Source: an uncultured Alphaproteobacteria bacterium
GTDB lineage: Bacteria > Pseudomonadota > Alphaproteobacteria > SHVP01
Reading direction: 5' to 3'
DNA: 51,378 nucleotides
NCBI GenBank assembly: GCA_938023835.1
Contig: CALJDF010000021.1
Span: 1 to 51,378, forward strand
Made by a program: the position numbers and the translations under genes
In this document: in pieces, positions 26,995 to 36,959 of the stretch
Layout: each line of letters starts with the position of its first letter
Numbering within the stretch: the stretch's first letter is position 1
The notes under the pieces: model-generated
The model's database searches: none
Seen by the model: the letters and a program-made list of their open reading frames with translations, nothing else
What the model was told of the DNA's origin: nothing

Positions 26995-27405
26995 ATGCGC
27001 CTCTATAGCGTCTACCAGAGCCCCGAGGCGCGGGGCGACCGGGACCTCATTTTCATCAAGGACGGGTTTTGCTGGCCGGCCTTGGTGCTGCCGGTCATCT
27101 GGCCGTTGTGGCGCGGATTGTGGCTGGTGGCGGCCGCCGTCTTCGTGATTCTCGTGGTGGTTTCGACCGCGGTCGACAACGGATGGATCGTGCCGCTCAC
27201 CGGGGGCGTCATCGACATCGCCGTGGCGTTGGTCATGGGGTTCGAAGGCAACAACCTGTGGCGCTGGACCAAGTCGGGGCGCGGCTGGCGCGAGGTCGGC
27301 ATCGTGTCGGGGCGGCGGTTGGCCGATGCCGAGCGGGCGTTCTTCGTCGCGTTCGACGTGACCTCGACGGGCGCGTTGTTGCCCCGCGAGCCCGCGCCGC
27401 AATGA
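26995..27405 (+). CDS. DUF2628 membrane protein
   Basis: [24 protein letters not shown] and EGNNLWRW. Two TM helices. Confidence 0.75.
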   Translation: MRLYSVYQSPEARGDRDLIFIKDGFCWPALVLPVIWPLWRGLWLVAAAVFVILVVVSTAVDNGWIVPLTGGVIDIAVALVMGFEGNNLWRWTKSGRGWREVGIVSGRRLADAERAFFVAFDVTSTGALLPREPAPQ

Positions 27406-28040
27406 CCACGGCGATCATCGACTACGGCTCGGGCAATCTGCGGTCGGCGGCCAAGGCGTTCGAACGTGCCGCCCGTGAAAACGGCGGCGATGCCATCGTG
27501 GTGACCGCGTCGCCTGACGTGGTGCGCGGCGCCGACCGGATCGTCTTACCGGGCGTCGGGGCTTTTGCCGATTGCCGTGCCGGTCTACTCGCACTTGACG
27601 GGATGGCGGCGGCGCTCACCGCTGCTGTCATCGACGGTGGCCGTCCCTTTTTGGGGATCTGCGTAGGGATGCAACTGATGGCGACGCAAGGGCTGGAACA
27701 CGGCACCCACGACGGGTTCGGTTGGATTCCCGGCACCGTCGAGGCGCTGACGCCGGCGCCCGGCCGACCGGTGCCCCACATGGGGTGGAACGATCTGCGG
27801 GTCAACACGCCCGATCATCCGGTGCTCGCGGGGGTTGAAACCGGGGCGCATGCGTACTTTGTTCACAGTTATGCGTTTAACGCTGCCGACCCGGCCCACG
27901 TCTTGGCGGAGACCGATTATGGTGTCCCCGTCGCGGCCGTCATCGGGCGCGATAATTTGGTCGGCACGCAGTTTCACCCGGAGAAGAGTCAGGAGACCGG
28001 TTTGCGGTTGATTGCGAATTTCTTGTCATGGACGCCCTAA
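27402..28040 (+). CDS. hisH: Imidazole glycerol phosphate synthase, glutaminase subunit
   Basis: ATG at 27402 (ATGA overlap) gives [16 protein letters not shown]. Also LPGVGAF, the nucleophile GICVGMQL, and FHPEKS. Confidence 0.95.
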   Translation: MTTAIIDYGSGNLRSAAKAFERAARENGGDAIVVTASPDVVRGADRIVLPGVGAFADCRAGLLALDGMAAALTAAVIDGGRPFLGICVGMQLMATQGLEHGTHDGFGWIPGTVEALTPAPGRPVPHMGWNDLRVNTPDHPVLAGVETGAHAYFVHSYAFNAADPAHVLAETDYGVPVAAVIGRDNLVGTQFHPEKSQETGLRLIANFLSWTP

Positions 28041-28561
28041 TGAACAGCACCCACGTCGAGTGGCTGAGCGACTTCGAGGACGACGACCTCGACGATATTT
28101 GTGCGGCCACCGAACAGGCGATCAAGGTCGGGATCGGCTTTGACTGGATCGACCCGCCGCCGCGCGATCGGATTGAAGCCTATTGGCGCGGCGCGCTGTT
28201 GGTGCCCGAGCGCGACCTCTTGGTTGGGCGCTACAACGGCACGCTTGCCGGGACGGCGCAAATGGTGCGTCCGGCGCCCAACAACGAAGCCGGCGCGCAC
28301 AACGTGACGCTCAATAGTTTCTTCGTTGCGCCCTGGGCCCGCGGTCACGGGTTGGCGCGCAAGATGCTGGACGAATTCGAAAAGCATGCCCGCGAATTGG
28401 GTTTTCGCCAGATCAGCCTCGACGTGCGGGAGACCCAAGAAGGCGCGATCGCGCTCTATGAGAACGCGGGCTTTGTGCGTTGGGGCGTTAAACCCAATTA
28501 CGCGTTGGTCGAGGGCACGTTCATTCGCGGGTTTTTCTATACCAAGGACCTGGGCGCGTGA
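28028..28561 (+). CDS. GNAT family N-acetyltransferase (inserted between hisH and hisA)
   Basis: [29 protein letters not shown] and ALYENAGF. Alternative ATG at 28040 (TAATG overlap with the hisH stop). Confidence 0.8.
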   Translation: MDALMNSTHVEWLSDFEDDDLDDICAATEQAIKVGIGFDWIDPPPRDRIEAYWRGALLVPERDLLVGRYNGTLAGTAQMVRPAPNNEAGAHNVTLNSFFVAPWARGHGLARKMLDEFEKHARELGFRQISLDVRETQEGAIALYENAGFVRWGVKPNYALVEGTFIRGFFYTKDLGA

Positions 28562-29280
28562 TTCTCTATCCGGCAATCGATCTCAAAGACGGGGTCTGCG
28601 TGCGCCTCAAGCGCGGCATCATGGCCGATGCGACGATCTACAACGACGATCCGGCAGCGCAGGCGACGCAGTTTAAGACCCTCGGCTTTTCGTGGCTGCA
28701 CATTGTCGATCTCAATGGGGCCTTCGCCGGGCAACCGGTCAATGCAGATGCGGTTTCGGCGATCCTCGGGGCGACCGACTTGCCGGTTCAACTGGGCGGC
28801 GGCATCCGCGATTTGCAAACCATCCAGCGCTGGATCGATCGCGGGGTGGCGCGGGTCATCCTGGGCACGGTGGCGCTGCGCGATCCAGACCTGGTGCGCA
28901 CGGCGGCGCGCGAATACCCCGGACGGATCGCGGTCGGCATCGATGCCAAGGGCGGCAAGGTCGCCGTCGAAGGCTGGGCCGAGGTCTCCGAAATGACCGC
29001 AATCGACCTCGCTAAGAGTTTCGAAGACGATGGCGTGGCGGCGATCATCCACACCGATATCGATCGCGACGGTGTCCTTGAAGGGGTCAATGTCGCGGCC
29101 ACCTTGGAGGTGGCGCAGGCGGTGTCGATCCCGGTGATTGCCTCGGGCGGCGTCGCCACGGTGGCCGACGTGACGGCGCTCAAGGCACGCGAAGACCAAG
29201 GCATCGCCGGGGCGATCATCGGCCGCGCCCTGTACGAAGGGACGTTGGAGCCGGCCGGGGCGTTGGCCGCGGCGGCCTAG
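28558..29280 (+). CDS. hisA: ProFAR isomerase HisA
   Basis: [19 protein letters not shown] and [10 protein letters not shown] overlap with the upstream stop. Confidence 0.95.
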   Translation: MILYPAIDLKDGVCVRLKRGIMADATIYNDDPAAQATQFKTLGFSWLHIVDLNGAFAGQPVNADAVSAILGATDLPVQLGGGIRDLQTIQRWIDRGVARVILGTVALRDPDLVRTAAREYPGRIAVGIDAKGGKVAVEGWAEVSEMTAIDLAKSFEDDGVAAIIHTDIDRDGVLEGVNVAATLEVAQAVSIPVIASGGVATVADVTALKAREDQGIAGAIIGRALYEGTLEPAGALAAAA

Positions 29281-29283
29281 GTC

Positions 29284-30060
29284 ATGCTGAAAGCCCGCAT
29301 TATTCCGTGCCTCGACGTCAAGGACGGGCGCGTGGTCAAGGGCGTCAACTTTGTCGATCTGCGTGATGCCGGCGATCCGGTCGAACAGGCGCGGCTTTAC
29401 GACGCGCAAGGCGCCGACGAGTTGTGCTTTCTGGATATCACCGCGAGCCACGAGAACCGCGACACGATCTTCGATGTCGTGGCGCGCACGGCCGAACAGT
29501 GCTTCATGCCGCTGACCGTCGGCGGCGGGGTACGGACGCTGGACGATGTGCGCAAACTGTTGCTCGCGGGCGCCGACAAGGTGTCGATCAATACGGCGGC
29601 GGTGACCGACCCGGACTTCGTGCGCCAGGCGGCCGAAAAATTCGGCAGCCAGTGCATCGTGGTGGCGATCGATGCCAAACGAAACCCCGGCGCCGAGGCG
29701 GGACGCAACTGGCAGTTCGAGGTGTTTACCCATGGCGGGCGCAACCCCACCGGCATCGATGCCGTGGCGTGGGCGCAACGCATGGCTGAGTATGGTGCCG
29801 GCGAGATTCTCCTGACCTCGATGGATCGCGACGGCACCAAGCAAGGATTCGACCTCGAGCTGACCCGCGCGATTGCCGATGCGGTAACGATTCCGGTGAT
29901 CGCCTCGGGCGGTGTCGGTACGCTCGATCATCTCGCGGCCGGGGTGTCGGAGGGTCATGCGACGGCGGTTTTGGCCGCGTCGATCTTTCACTTCGGCGAA
30001 TTCACCATCGGCGAGGCCAAGGCGCATCTAAAACAAGCGGGCGTGCCGGTTCGTGACTGA
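29284..30060 (+). CDS. hisF: Imidazole glycerol phosphate synthase, cyclase subunit
   Basis: [25 protein letters not shown] and IASGGVG. Confidence 0.97.
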   Translation: MLKARIIPCLDVKDGRVVKGVNFVDLRDAGDPVEQARLYDAQGADELCFLDITASHENRDTIFDVVARTAEQCFMPLTVGGGVRTLDDVRKLLLAGADKVSINTAAVTDPDFVRQAAEKFGSQCIVVAIDAKRNPGAEAGRNWQFEVFTHGGRNPTGIDAVAWAQRMAEYGAGEILLTSMDRDGTKQGFDLELTRAIADAVTIPVIASGGVGTLDHLAAGVSEGHATAVLAASIFHFGEFTIGEAKAHLKQAGVPVRD

Positions 30061-30976
30061 GCGTGCCGCGGGGTCGGCGGCGATCCCGTCGGTGGCCTGG
30101 GGCACGATTGCCGCGCTGTTCACCGTCACGATCTGGGGCGGCTGGATTGTCGCCACGCGGTTTGGGGTGACCAGCAACCTCGCGCCGGTTGAGATTGCGA
30201 TCTTGCGGACCGCGCCACCGGGATTGATTCTGCTGCCGGTGTTTTTTCGGATCCCGTGGCGCACGGTGCGTTGGCGCCACATCGCCGCGTTGATCGGTGG
30301 CGCTGGGGCGCCGTTTCTTCTTATCGTCAGTACCGGGATGCAGTTCGCGCCAACGGCCGATATCGGCGCGCTGCTGCCCGGCACCATGCCGCTGTTTGTC
30401 GCGTTGTTCGCGTTCATGCTGCTGGGCGAACGGTTCGATCGGTGGCGCATGGTCGGGTTTGTTCTGATCATTGCCGGCGGCTTGGCGGTGGGCGGGGTCA
30501 GTCTTTTTACCGGCGACCCCGGCGAGTGGCGCGGCCATATCCTGTTTCTGTGCGGTGCCTCGATGTGGGCCATCTACACCATCGGGTTGCGGCAATCGGG
30601 GTTGGATGCGTGGCAAGCGGCGGCGGTGGTCAATACCGGCTCGATGCTGTTGTTGGTGCCGTTGGCCCTCATCTTTGGCGATTTGCACTTCGATGCGCCG
30701 TTGCGCGACATCGCGATTCAAATCGGCGCGCAAGGGATTTTGTCGGGGCTCTTGGCGATGGTCGCCTATGGCATTGCGATCCGCCATCTTGGCGCGTCGT
30801 CCGCGGCGGCCTTCAGCGCGTTGACGCCGGTGATTGCCACCTTGATCGCGGTGCCCGTGATGGCGGAATTGCCGGCGCCGCTGACGTGGGTTGGCGTGAT
30901 TGCGGTATGCTGCGGCGTTGCCTTGGCAAGCGGCGTGCTGCGCCGCCGCGCCGAAACGCAAAGGGTTGGCAGATGA
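30053..30976 (+). CDS. DMT superfamily transporter (EamA-like, 10 TM)
   Basis: 307-aa hydrophobic ORF with two EamA-like halves. GTG start overlaps the hisF end by 8 nt. Confidence 0.8.
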   Translation: MTERAAGSAAIPSVAWGTIAALFTVTIWGGWIVATRFGVTSNLAPVEIAILRTAPPGLILLPVFFRIPWRTVRWRHIAALIGGAGAPFLLIVSTGMQFAPTADIGALLPGTMPLFVALFAFMLLGERFDRWRMVGFVLIIAGGLAVGGVSLFTGDPGEWRGHILFLCGASMWAIYTIGLRQSGLDAWQAAAVVNTGSMLLLVPLALIFGDLHFDAPLRDIAIQIGAQGILSGLLAMVAYGIAIRHLGASSAAAFSALTPVIATLIAVPVMAELPAPLTWVGVIAVCCGVALASGVLRRRAETQRVGR

Positions 30977-31440
30977 GCAAGGACACCTCCGGCGTGACGA
31001 TCCGAAACGCGGTCGCCGCCGATGCCGCCGGCATTTCGGCGCTGATGGTTGCGGCCTATAGCCCCTATGAATCGCGCCTGGGCGCCCCGCCACCGCCACT
31101 GGGTGCCGATTACGCCGAAGAGATCACTCTCTACCAGGCCTGGGTGATGGACGAGGCCGGGGCCATCATCGGGGCGTTGTTTCTCAACGCCGCCGAGGAC
31201 CACATGCTGTTGGTCAACGTGGCGGTGTCACTGGATCAACAGGGCCGCGGGCTCGGCCGGATGTTGATCGAAAAGGCCGAGCAAGAAACGCGGGCGCAAG
31301 GGTTTGACGATTTACGACTTTTCACGCACGCCAAGATGACCGAAAACGTCGCGCTCTATACGCGCCTGGGGTGGCGCGAATACGATCGCCAAGACCATGC
31401 CGGGGTGCCCCGGGTCTTTATGAGGAAGTCACTTACATGA
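30973..31440 (+). CDS. GNAT family N-acetyltransferase
   Basis: ATG at 30973 (ATGA overlap) gives [13 protein letters not shown]... Also VNVAVSLDQQGRGLGRMLIEKAE and LYTRLGW. Confidence 0.8.
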   Translation: MSKDTSGVTIRNAVAADAAGISALMVAAYSPYESRLGAPPPPLGADYAEEITLYQAWVMDEAGAIIGALFLNAAEDHMLLVNVAVSLDQQGRGLGRMLIEKAEQETRAQGFDDLRLFTHAKMTENVALYTRLGWREYDRQDHAGVPRVFMRKSLT

Positions 31441-31784
31441 ACGAACTCGACACCAGCAGTGCCGTCATCGACCGTGTTTTCGCGGTCATCGAACAGCGCC
31501 GCGATGCCGACCCTAAGGAGTCTTACGTCGCCAAGATGTTTTCCAAGGGCCGCAAGAAGATCGCCGAGAAAGTCGGCGAGGAAGCCGTGGAAACCGTCGT
31601 GGCGGCGGTCGACAAAGATCCCGGGCAGGTCATCTACGAAAGCGCCGACCTGATGTTTGCACTGATGGTGCTGTGGGCGCAGATGGATTTGCGCCCCGAA
31701 CAGGTATTCGCGGAACTCGCGCGCCGTGAAGGGACGTCCGGCCTCGCCGAAATGGCGGCCCGCAAAGACAAGACGATCGACTAG
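31437..31784 (+). CDS. hisE: Phosphoribosyl-ATP pyrophosphatase
   Basis: SYVAKMFSKGRKKIAEKVGEEAVETVVA and ESADLMFALMVLW. ATGA overlap with the upstream stop. Confidence 0.92.
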   Translation: MNELDTSSAVIDRVFAVIEQRRDADPKESYVAKMFSKGRKKIAEKVGEEAVETVVAAVDKDPGQVIYESADLMFALMVLWAQMDLRPEQVFAELARREGTSGLAEMAARKDKTID

Positions 31785-31794
31785 GAGAACGCCG

Positions 31795-32163
31795 ATGAGC
31801 TACGACACCGACAATGTGTTCGCCAAAATCCTGCGCGGCGATCTGCCGTGTTCCAAGGTCTACGAAGACGATCACGTCTTGGCGTTCAACGACATCGCGC
31901 CGCAAGCCGAGACCCACGTCCTGGTCATCCCCAAGGGCGCTTATGTATCGATGGACGACTTCTCGGCCAATGCGACGGACGCCGAAACGCTCGGCTTCTT
32001 CCGGGCGGTCGGCAAGATCGCGCGCGACCTCGGGGTCGATGCCACGGGCTATCGCTTGATCGCCAATCACGGGCCGGATTCCCACCAATTAGTGCCGCAT
32101 TTTCATGTGCATATTTTGGGTGGCGAATCGCTGGGCACCGGCCTGATCAACAAGCAAAGCTAG
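31795..32163 (+). CDS. HIT family protein (histidine triad nucleotide-binding)
   Basis: NVFAKILRGDLP plus the triad HFHVHILGG. Confidence 0.92.
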   Translation: MSYDTDNVFAKILRGDLPCSKVYEDDHVLAFNDIAPQAETHVLVIPKGAYVSMDDFSANATDAETLGFFRAVGKIARDLGVDATGYRLIANHGPDSHQLVPHFHVHILGGESLGTGLINKQS

Positions 32164-32168
32164 CGCGC

Positions 32169-32843
32169 GTGGCGGTAACGCTCTACGGCACGCCGCTGTC
32201 GCCCTACTTTTGCCGCGTGTGGTTCGCCGGTCTGGCCAAGGGGCTTGATCTTGAGCTGGTGATCGGGCCGCCCGACGTCGCCTCCGATCCCAACCGGGCG
32301 CGCAGTCCAACCGGGAAAATTCCCTTCATCGAGGACGGCGACCTGCTGCTGTACGAGTCCGAAGTGATCGTCGAATACCTGGAGGACAAGTATCCCGAGC
32401 CGTCGTTGCGGCCGACCGATGCGGCGGCGCGCGCCCGTTCGCGATTGGTGTCGCGGCTGGTCGATCTCTATTTGCTCGCACCGGTGCATGCGCTGGTGCC
32501 GCAGATCCGCACCACACCGCGCGATGCCGCGGTCGTGGCCCACCATCTCGATGCGATCAAAGCAGGGTTGGCGCGGATCGACGACACGGTCGAACCGGGA
32601 CCGTGGTGCCTTGGCGCGGCGCCGACGTTGGCCGATTGCGCGCTCGCCACGGCGTTGTGGTACCTGCCCAACATTTTGCGCCACTTTGTCGACGACGACC
32701 TGCGCGACGGCTATGCCCGGCTCACGCCGTATTGGGATTTTGTGCAGGGCGCGCCGGTCTTTGCCGAGGCGTTTGTCGAGATGGCCAAGACCCGCGATGC
32801 GTTTCGGCGGGATCTGGCCGAGAAATACGGCGCCCAGGCCTAG
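32169..32843 (+). CDS. Glutathione S-transferase family protein
   Basis: GTG at 32169 gives (M)AVTLYGTPLSPYF, then TGKIPFIEDGDLLLYESEVIVEYLEDKYP (thioredoxin-like N domain) and a helical C domain. Confidence 0.82.
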   Translation: MAVTLYGTPLSPYFCRVWFAGLAKGLDLELVIGPPDVASDPNRARSPTGKIPFIEDGDLLLYESEVIVEYLEDKYPEPSLRPTDAAARARSRLVSRLVDLYLLAPVHALVPQIRTTPRDAAVVAHHLDAIKAGLARIDDTVEPGPWCLGAAPTLADCALATALWYLPNILRHFVDDDLRDGYARLTPYWDFVQGAPVFAEAFVEMAKTRDAFRRDLAEKYGAQA

Positions 32844-32852
32844 CGTCTAGGC

Positions 32853-34511
32853 CTAGGCCACCGCTTTGAGGTCGGCGGCGTCGTTGAGAATGTAAACCTG
32901 GAGCGGGTCGGCGCGACCGCGCACGGTGACCACCTCGAGGCGTTCTTCAGACAAGTCGAGTCCCGCCCGCCGCGCCACCTTCTTGCTGACGATGAGCTGC
33001 GAGGTGAACTCTTTGTTCATGGTCTCCAGACGGCTTGCCGTGTTGACCGGATCGCCGATGGCCGTCACCGACCTGGCGCCGGCATAGCCCATATCGCCGA
33101 CGATGACGCTGCCGACATGAATGCCGATGCCGATCCGCAGCGGTTCGGGCAGATCGTTCTTAAGGTTCTCGTTGAGCTCTTTGAGGCCGACTGCCATGCG
33201 CCGCGCCGCTTCCAACGCGGACCGGCAGCCCGCTTCGGCATCGGTTTCGATCCCGAACAGCGCCATCACGCCGTCGCCGATGAATTTGTCGAGTTGACCG
33301 CCGGCGCGTTCGACCGCCTCGCCCATGGTGCGAAAATACTGGTTGAGCACGAACACCACGTCGTAGGGCAGTTTCTTTTCCGAAAAGGCCGTGAAGGCGC
33401 GGATATCGGCAAACAAGATGGCGACCTCGCGTTCGGCGCCTTGACTGATCGCCGACCGTCGGTGGCCGTCCTTCGCGGTGGCATCGGGCGACAACAACGG
33501 CGTGACCGACACGTCGTGGGTCGGTCGCAATTGGCAGGCGAGCCGTGTTGCATCCGAGGCGCCGACGCGTTGCAACACGCGTTGTTCCTCTGTCGAGGGT
33601 TCGGGGAGATTTTCGCGGCCCACGCTGACGTGGATGCGACACGTGGAACAGCGGCCGCGCCCGCCGCAAACCGAGGCATGCGGCACGCCGATTCGGCGGC
33701 TGGCGTCGAGCACGCTTGAGCCCGGTTCCATCGCGACCTTGCGGCCATCGGCGTAGGTGATGGTCACCATGTGCGCCCGCGATTGGATCACCCAGCGCCC
33801 GATGCGGCCGAGCACCACGAGGGCCAGCAAGGCGAGATAGGTGATGCGGCCCCAGTCAAAGACGGCGAGCGCTTGGGCAATCGCGGCCTCGTCGGGCGGG
33901 TTGGCGGTTTCGATCAATCGATCGACGAAGGCTTCGTCTTCGAGCAAGCGCGCAAATTCCCGGCCGCCGTCGACAAAGCCAACCAAGGAAAGAACCGGCA
34001 ACAGCAGGACGGTCGCGAACAACCAAGGCGCCCACGTCGAGAACCACGGCTTGAGGCGGAGCCAGAAATACAGCCCCATCGTGCCGTGGGCCCAGGCCAG
34101 CAACAACGCGACCGCCTGAATCCACCCCTTCTCCGGATTCGTAATCCACAACGTCGACAGCACATAGCCGTAGGTATCGTTGGTGTCGGCAATGAGGGTC
34201 ATGACCCGGGTGCCGATGATGTGTTCGAGCAGGACGACGGGCAGCAACAAACCGAACAAGATTTGCAACGCCTCGCGTAGGGGCATGCGTAACGTGCGGC
34301 GGCGGAACAGCGACCACAACACCAACACGACGTGCACCAGAATTGCGCCGTAGAGCAGGGTCGAGCCGATGGGATTGCGCCAGACGGCTAGAAAGACCTC
34401 GCGACCGATTTCCATCGTCTCGAGCGAGGCAATGCCGAGCGCATGATTGAGGAGATGCGTCGCGACATAGACGTAGAGGATGATCCCCGCCGCCATCCGC
34501 GCGCGCGCCAT
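32853..34511 (-). CDS. Membrane-anchored 2Fe-2S ferredoxin-domain / class III adenylate-guanylate cyclase
   Basis: About 6 TM helices with conserved His (aa 1-245). Fer2-like Cys pattern C282-X5-C288-X2-C291-X34-C326 (VCGGRGRCSTCRIHV...RLACQ). Cyclase core VAILFADIRAFTAF...KFIGDGVMALFG...IGIHVGSVIVGDMG...GDPVNTASRLE. Confidence 0.88.
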   Translation of the reverse strand: MARARMAAGIILYVYVATHLLNHALGIASLETMEIGREVFLAVWRNPIGSTLLYGAILVHVVLVLWSLFRRRTLRMPLREALQILFGLLLPVVLLEHIIGTRVMTLIADTNDTYGYVLSTLWITNPEKGWIQAVALLLAWAHGTMGLYFWLRLKPWFSTWAPWLFATVLLLPVLSLVGFVDGGREFARLLEDEAFVDRLIETANPPDEAAIAQALAVFDWGRITYLALLALVVLGRIGRWVIQSRAHMVTITYADGRKVAMEPGSSVLDASRRIGVPHASVCGGRGRCSTCRIHVSVGRENLPEPSTEEQRVLQRVGASDATRLACQLRPTHDVSVTPLLSPDATAKDGHRRSAISQGAEREVAILFADIRAFTAFSEKKLPYDVVFVLNQYFRTMGEAVERAGGQLDKFIGDGVMALFGIETDAEAGCRSALEAARRMAVGLKELNENLKNDLPEPLRIGIGIHVGSVIVGDMGYAGARSVTAIGDPVNTASRLETMNKEFTSQLIVSKKVARRAGLDLSEERLEVVTVRGRADPLQVYILNDAADLKAVA

Positions 34512-34541
34512 TAGCGGGCTCCCGGTACGGCGGGGTGGGCG

Positions 34542-35525
34542 CTAGATCGCGATGTGCTCATCGACAAGCTTTTTGAGCGAAACCTCTGGCCGTGCGCCGT
34601 AATGGGAGAGGATCTCCGACGCTGCTAGGCCCGCGATCAATCCGCAGGTCTTGAGGTCGTAATCGCGCGCCAAGCCATAGAGAAAACCCGCCGCGTAGAG
34701 ATCGCCGGCGCCGGTCGTGTCGACGACGCGGTCAACCGGCATGGCGTCGATCACGTGCACTTCGGTGCCGCGCACGATGACCGATCCCTTTTCGCTACGC
34801 GTTAGGGCGGCGATCTCGCAGTGGCCTTGCACGCGTTGGAGCGCATCGTCGAAGCTGTCGACCTGATAGAGCGATTTGAGCTCGTCTTCGTTGGCGAACA
34901 CGATGTCGATGTCGCCTTCCATGAGCTGCAAGAATTCTTGCCGATAGCGGTCGACGCAAAACGAATCCGATAGCGTCAGCGCGGTCTTGCGCCCGGCGCC
35001 GTGGGCGATTTCGATCGCCCGACGGAAAGCGTCTTTCGCCGATGGCGGGTCCCACAAATAGCCTTCCATGTAGGTTACCTGGGCGCGCGCGATCTGATCT
35101 TCATCGATGTCGTCCGGACCCAACTCGACACAGGCGCCAAGATACGTATTCATCGTGCGCTCGGCATCGGGGGTCACCAGGATCAACGACCGCGCCGTGG
35201 CCGGGCCGGCGACGAGATGCGCGGTGGTGAACTCCACGCCCGCGGCGCGCATGTCGTGGGTGAAGACGTCGCCGAGTTCGTCGTTATGCACCTTGCCGAT
35301 AAACCTGCAGGCGCCGCCGAGGGATGCAATGCCGGCGGCGGTATTTCCGGCGGACCCGCCCGAGATCTCGCGGCCGGGGCCCATTTCGCCGTACAGGGCT
35401 TGGGCCTGGGTTTCGTCGATCAAGTTCATCGACCCCGGCACCAAATTGTGGCGGCTCAGGAATTCCGGTTCTGCCGCGCTAATCACGTCGACAATGGCGT
35501 TGCCGATACAAACGGCATCAAGCAA
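34542..35525 (-). CDS. Adenosine kinase / PfkB family sugar kinase
   Basis: CIGNAIVDVI, GGSAGNTA and the C-terminal anion hole VDTTGAGDLYAAGFLYG. Apparent TTG start. Confidence 0.88.
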   Translation of the reverse strand: MLDAVCIGNAIVDVISAAEPEFLSRHNLVPGSMNLIDETQAQALYGEMGPGREISGGSAGNTAAGIASLGGACRFIGKVHNDELGDVFTHDMRAAGVEFTTAHLVAGPATARSLILVTPDAERTMNTYLGACVELGPDDIDEDQIARAQVTYMEGYLWDPPSAKDAFRRAIEIAHGAGRKTALTLSDSFCVDRYRQEFLQLMEGDIDIVFANEDELKSLYQVDSFDDALQRVQGHCEIAALTRSEKGSVIVRGTEVHVIDAMPVDRVVDTTGAGDLYAAGFLYGLARDYDLKTCGLIAGLAASEILSHYGARPEVSLKKLVDEHIAI

Positions 35526-35674
35526 ATCGGCTGACAGAGGAGTCTCCTTTGGATCGGCGCGACATCACGCAGCGCCGCTGGCATGACGGCGGTCGCCGCA
35601 GTATAGATAGCCGGCGCGCCCGGGCAACACAGGGTCGCCGTCCCGAGGCCGCACGGTACAACGGAAAACCCATT

Positions 35675-36352
35675 ATGATCAGCGCCTTCGCCAAAGCCAT
35701 CGCGCAACTTCCCGAGCCCTCGTTTCGCAAGGTGTTCGTGAAGAGTTTCCTCGTCACGCTGATCGTGATCATCCTGGTCGGCGTTCTTGCCGGGGCGGGC
35801 GTCGAATACCTGTGGGTGACGTACGATCTATGGTTCGCGGGCTGGATTTCGGGCGCCGCCGGCTCGGTCATTTTCATCTTGGCCCTATGGCTGTTCTCGC
35901 CGGCTGTCGCGACGATGGTGATCACGACGTTTTTCATGGGCGAGATTCTCGAAGCGGTGGAAAAAGAGCATTACCCGCACGATGTGCCGGGCGAGGACCT
36001 TCCGATCGGCCAAGAGATCTTCGTCGGTTTGCGGTTCCTGGCGGTGATGATTGTGTTGAACTTGGTGATGCTGGTGCCTTACGTCTTTTTGGCGTTGGTC
36101 TTCGGGATCGGGTTCTTGGTCTATTTTGCGTTGAACGGCTATCTCATGGGGCGCGAGTACTTTGAGGCGGTGGCGCATCGCTATACCGACATCAAGTCGA
36201 CAAAGGTGCTGCGCCGTCGGGAACGCGGCCGCATCTTTTTTGCCGGCGCCATCGTTGCCGTGCTGTTCACGATCCCGATCGCCAACTTCTTCGCGCCGAT
36301 GATCGCGCCGGTGGCGATGATTCACATCTTCAAGGGACTCCGTGCCGCATAG
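35675..36352 (+). CDS. EI24/CysZ-like membrane protein
   Basis: ATG at 35675 gives MISAFAKAIAQLPEPSFRKVF, with 4-5 TM helices and LNGYLMGREYFE. Confidence 0.7.
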   Translation: MISAFAKAIAQLPEPSFRKVFVKSFLVTLIVIILVGVLAGAGVEYLWVTYDLWFAGWISGAAGSVIFILALWLFSPAVATMVITTFFMGEILEAVEKEHYPHDVPGEDLPIGQEIFVGLRFLAVMIVLNLVMLVPYVFLALVFGIGFLVYFALNGYLMGREYFEAVAHRYTDIKSTKVLRRRERGRIFFAGAIVAVLFTIPIANFFAPMIAPVAMIHIFKGLRAA

Positions 36353-36959
36353 CGCGCGATCCGGCTTGCCGCAGCGCGCATGGATTTTGGCGGGATGTCT
36401 TGGTGTTCTGGCAGCGTGCGGGGCGCCGGTGGACGAACGCGCGCGGGTCGCCGGCGTTCTCAAGGACGATGTGCCGCCACCGTCAAGCGTCGTGGTGCGC
36501 GAAGCCAACGCGACACCGCGGGCGCCGTTGGCCACGCCGCCGGATGCCGTGAAACTGACACCCCCCGCACCGCGTCCCACCGAAACAACACCGCCGCCAC
36601 GCCGTGTCGCGCGGTCGGCGCCGACGCGCCAACCGACCGCGTCCGATAAGGCGCCCGCACCGACGCAAGCAGTGAGCCTCCTCGAACCGGCACGCCTTGT
36701 CGGGCTCGGGCGCAGCGAACTTGCCGACCTCATGGGCACGCCGGAGATTTTGCACAACGAACCGCCGGGCGAAGTGTGGCTTTACAAAAGCGATGCCTGC
36801 ATCGCCCACGTCTACCTCTACGAGGGCGCAGGTCCCGAGGATTATCAGGTCAGCTACGTCGAAACGCGCAGCAAAGGCGCGTCGGTGACGAGTGCGCAAT
36901 GTCTCGCGCACTTTGCGGCGGGCTCGACCAGCACCGTGCGCTTGGACGAGGACGACTAA
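36342..36959 (+). CDS. Pro-rich lipoprotein, hypothetical
   Basis: Lipobox LGVLAAC-G after a basic n-region. A long Pro/Thr-rich linker leads to a globular C-terminal approx 85 aa. GTG start overlaps the upstream gene end. Confidence 0.6.
   Translation: MPHSARSGLPQRAWILAGCLGVLAACGAPVDERARVAGVLKDDVPPPSSVVVREANATPRAPLATPPDAVKLTPPAPRPTETTPPPRRVARSAPTRQPTASDKAPAPTQAVSLLEPARLVGLGRSELADLMGTPEILHNEPPGEVWLYKSDACIAHVYLYEGAGPEDYQVSYVETRSKGASVTSAQCLAHFAAGSTSTVRLDEDD

Noticed and set aside
28537-30027. 496-aa minus-strand ORF opposite hisA and hisF
   Set aside because: Antisense to two unmistakable his genes, with Arg/Asp/Gly-rich junk composition.
32837-32859. GGCCTAG-CGT-CTAGGCC palindrome spanning the two convergent stop codons (GST and cyclase)
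   Set aside because: It has a very short stem-loop with a 3-nt loop and no U-tract. It is largely a by-product of two facing TAG stops.
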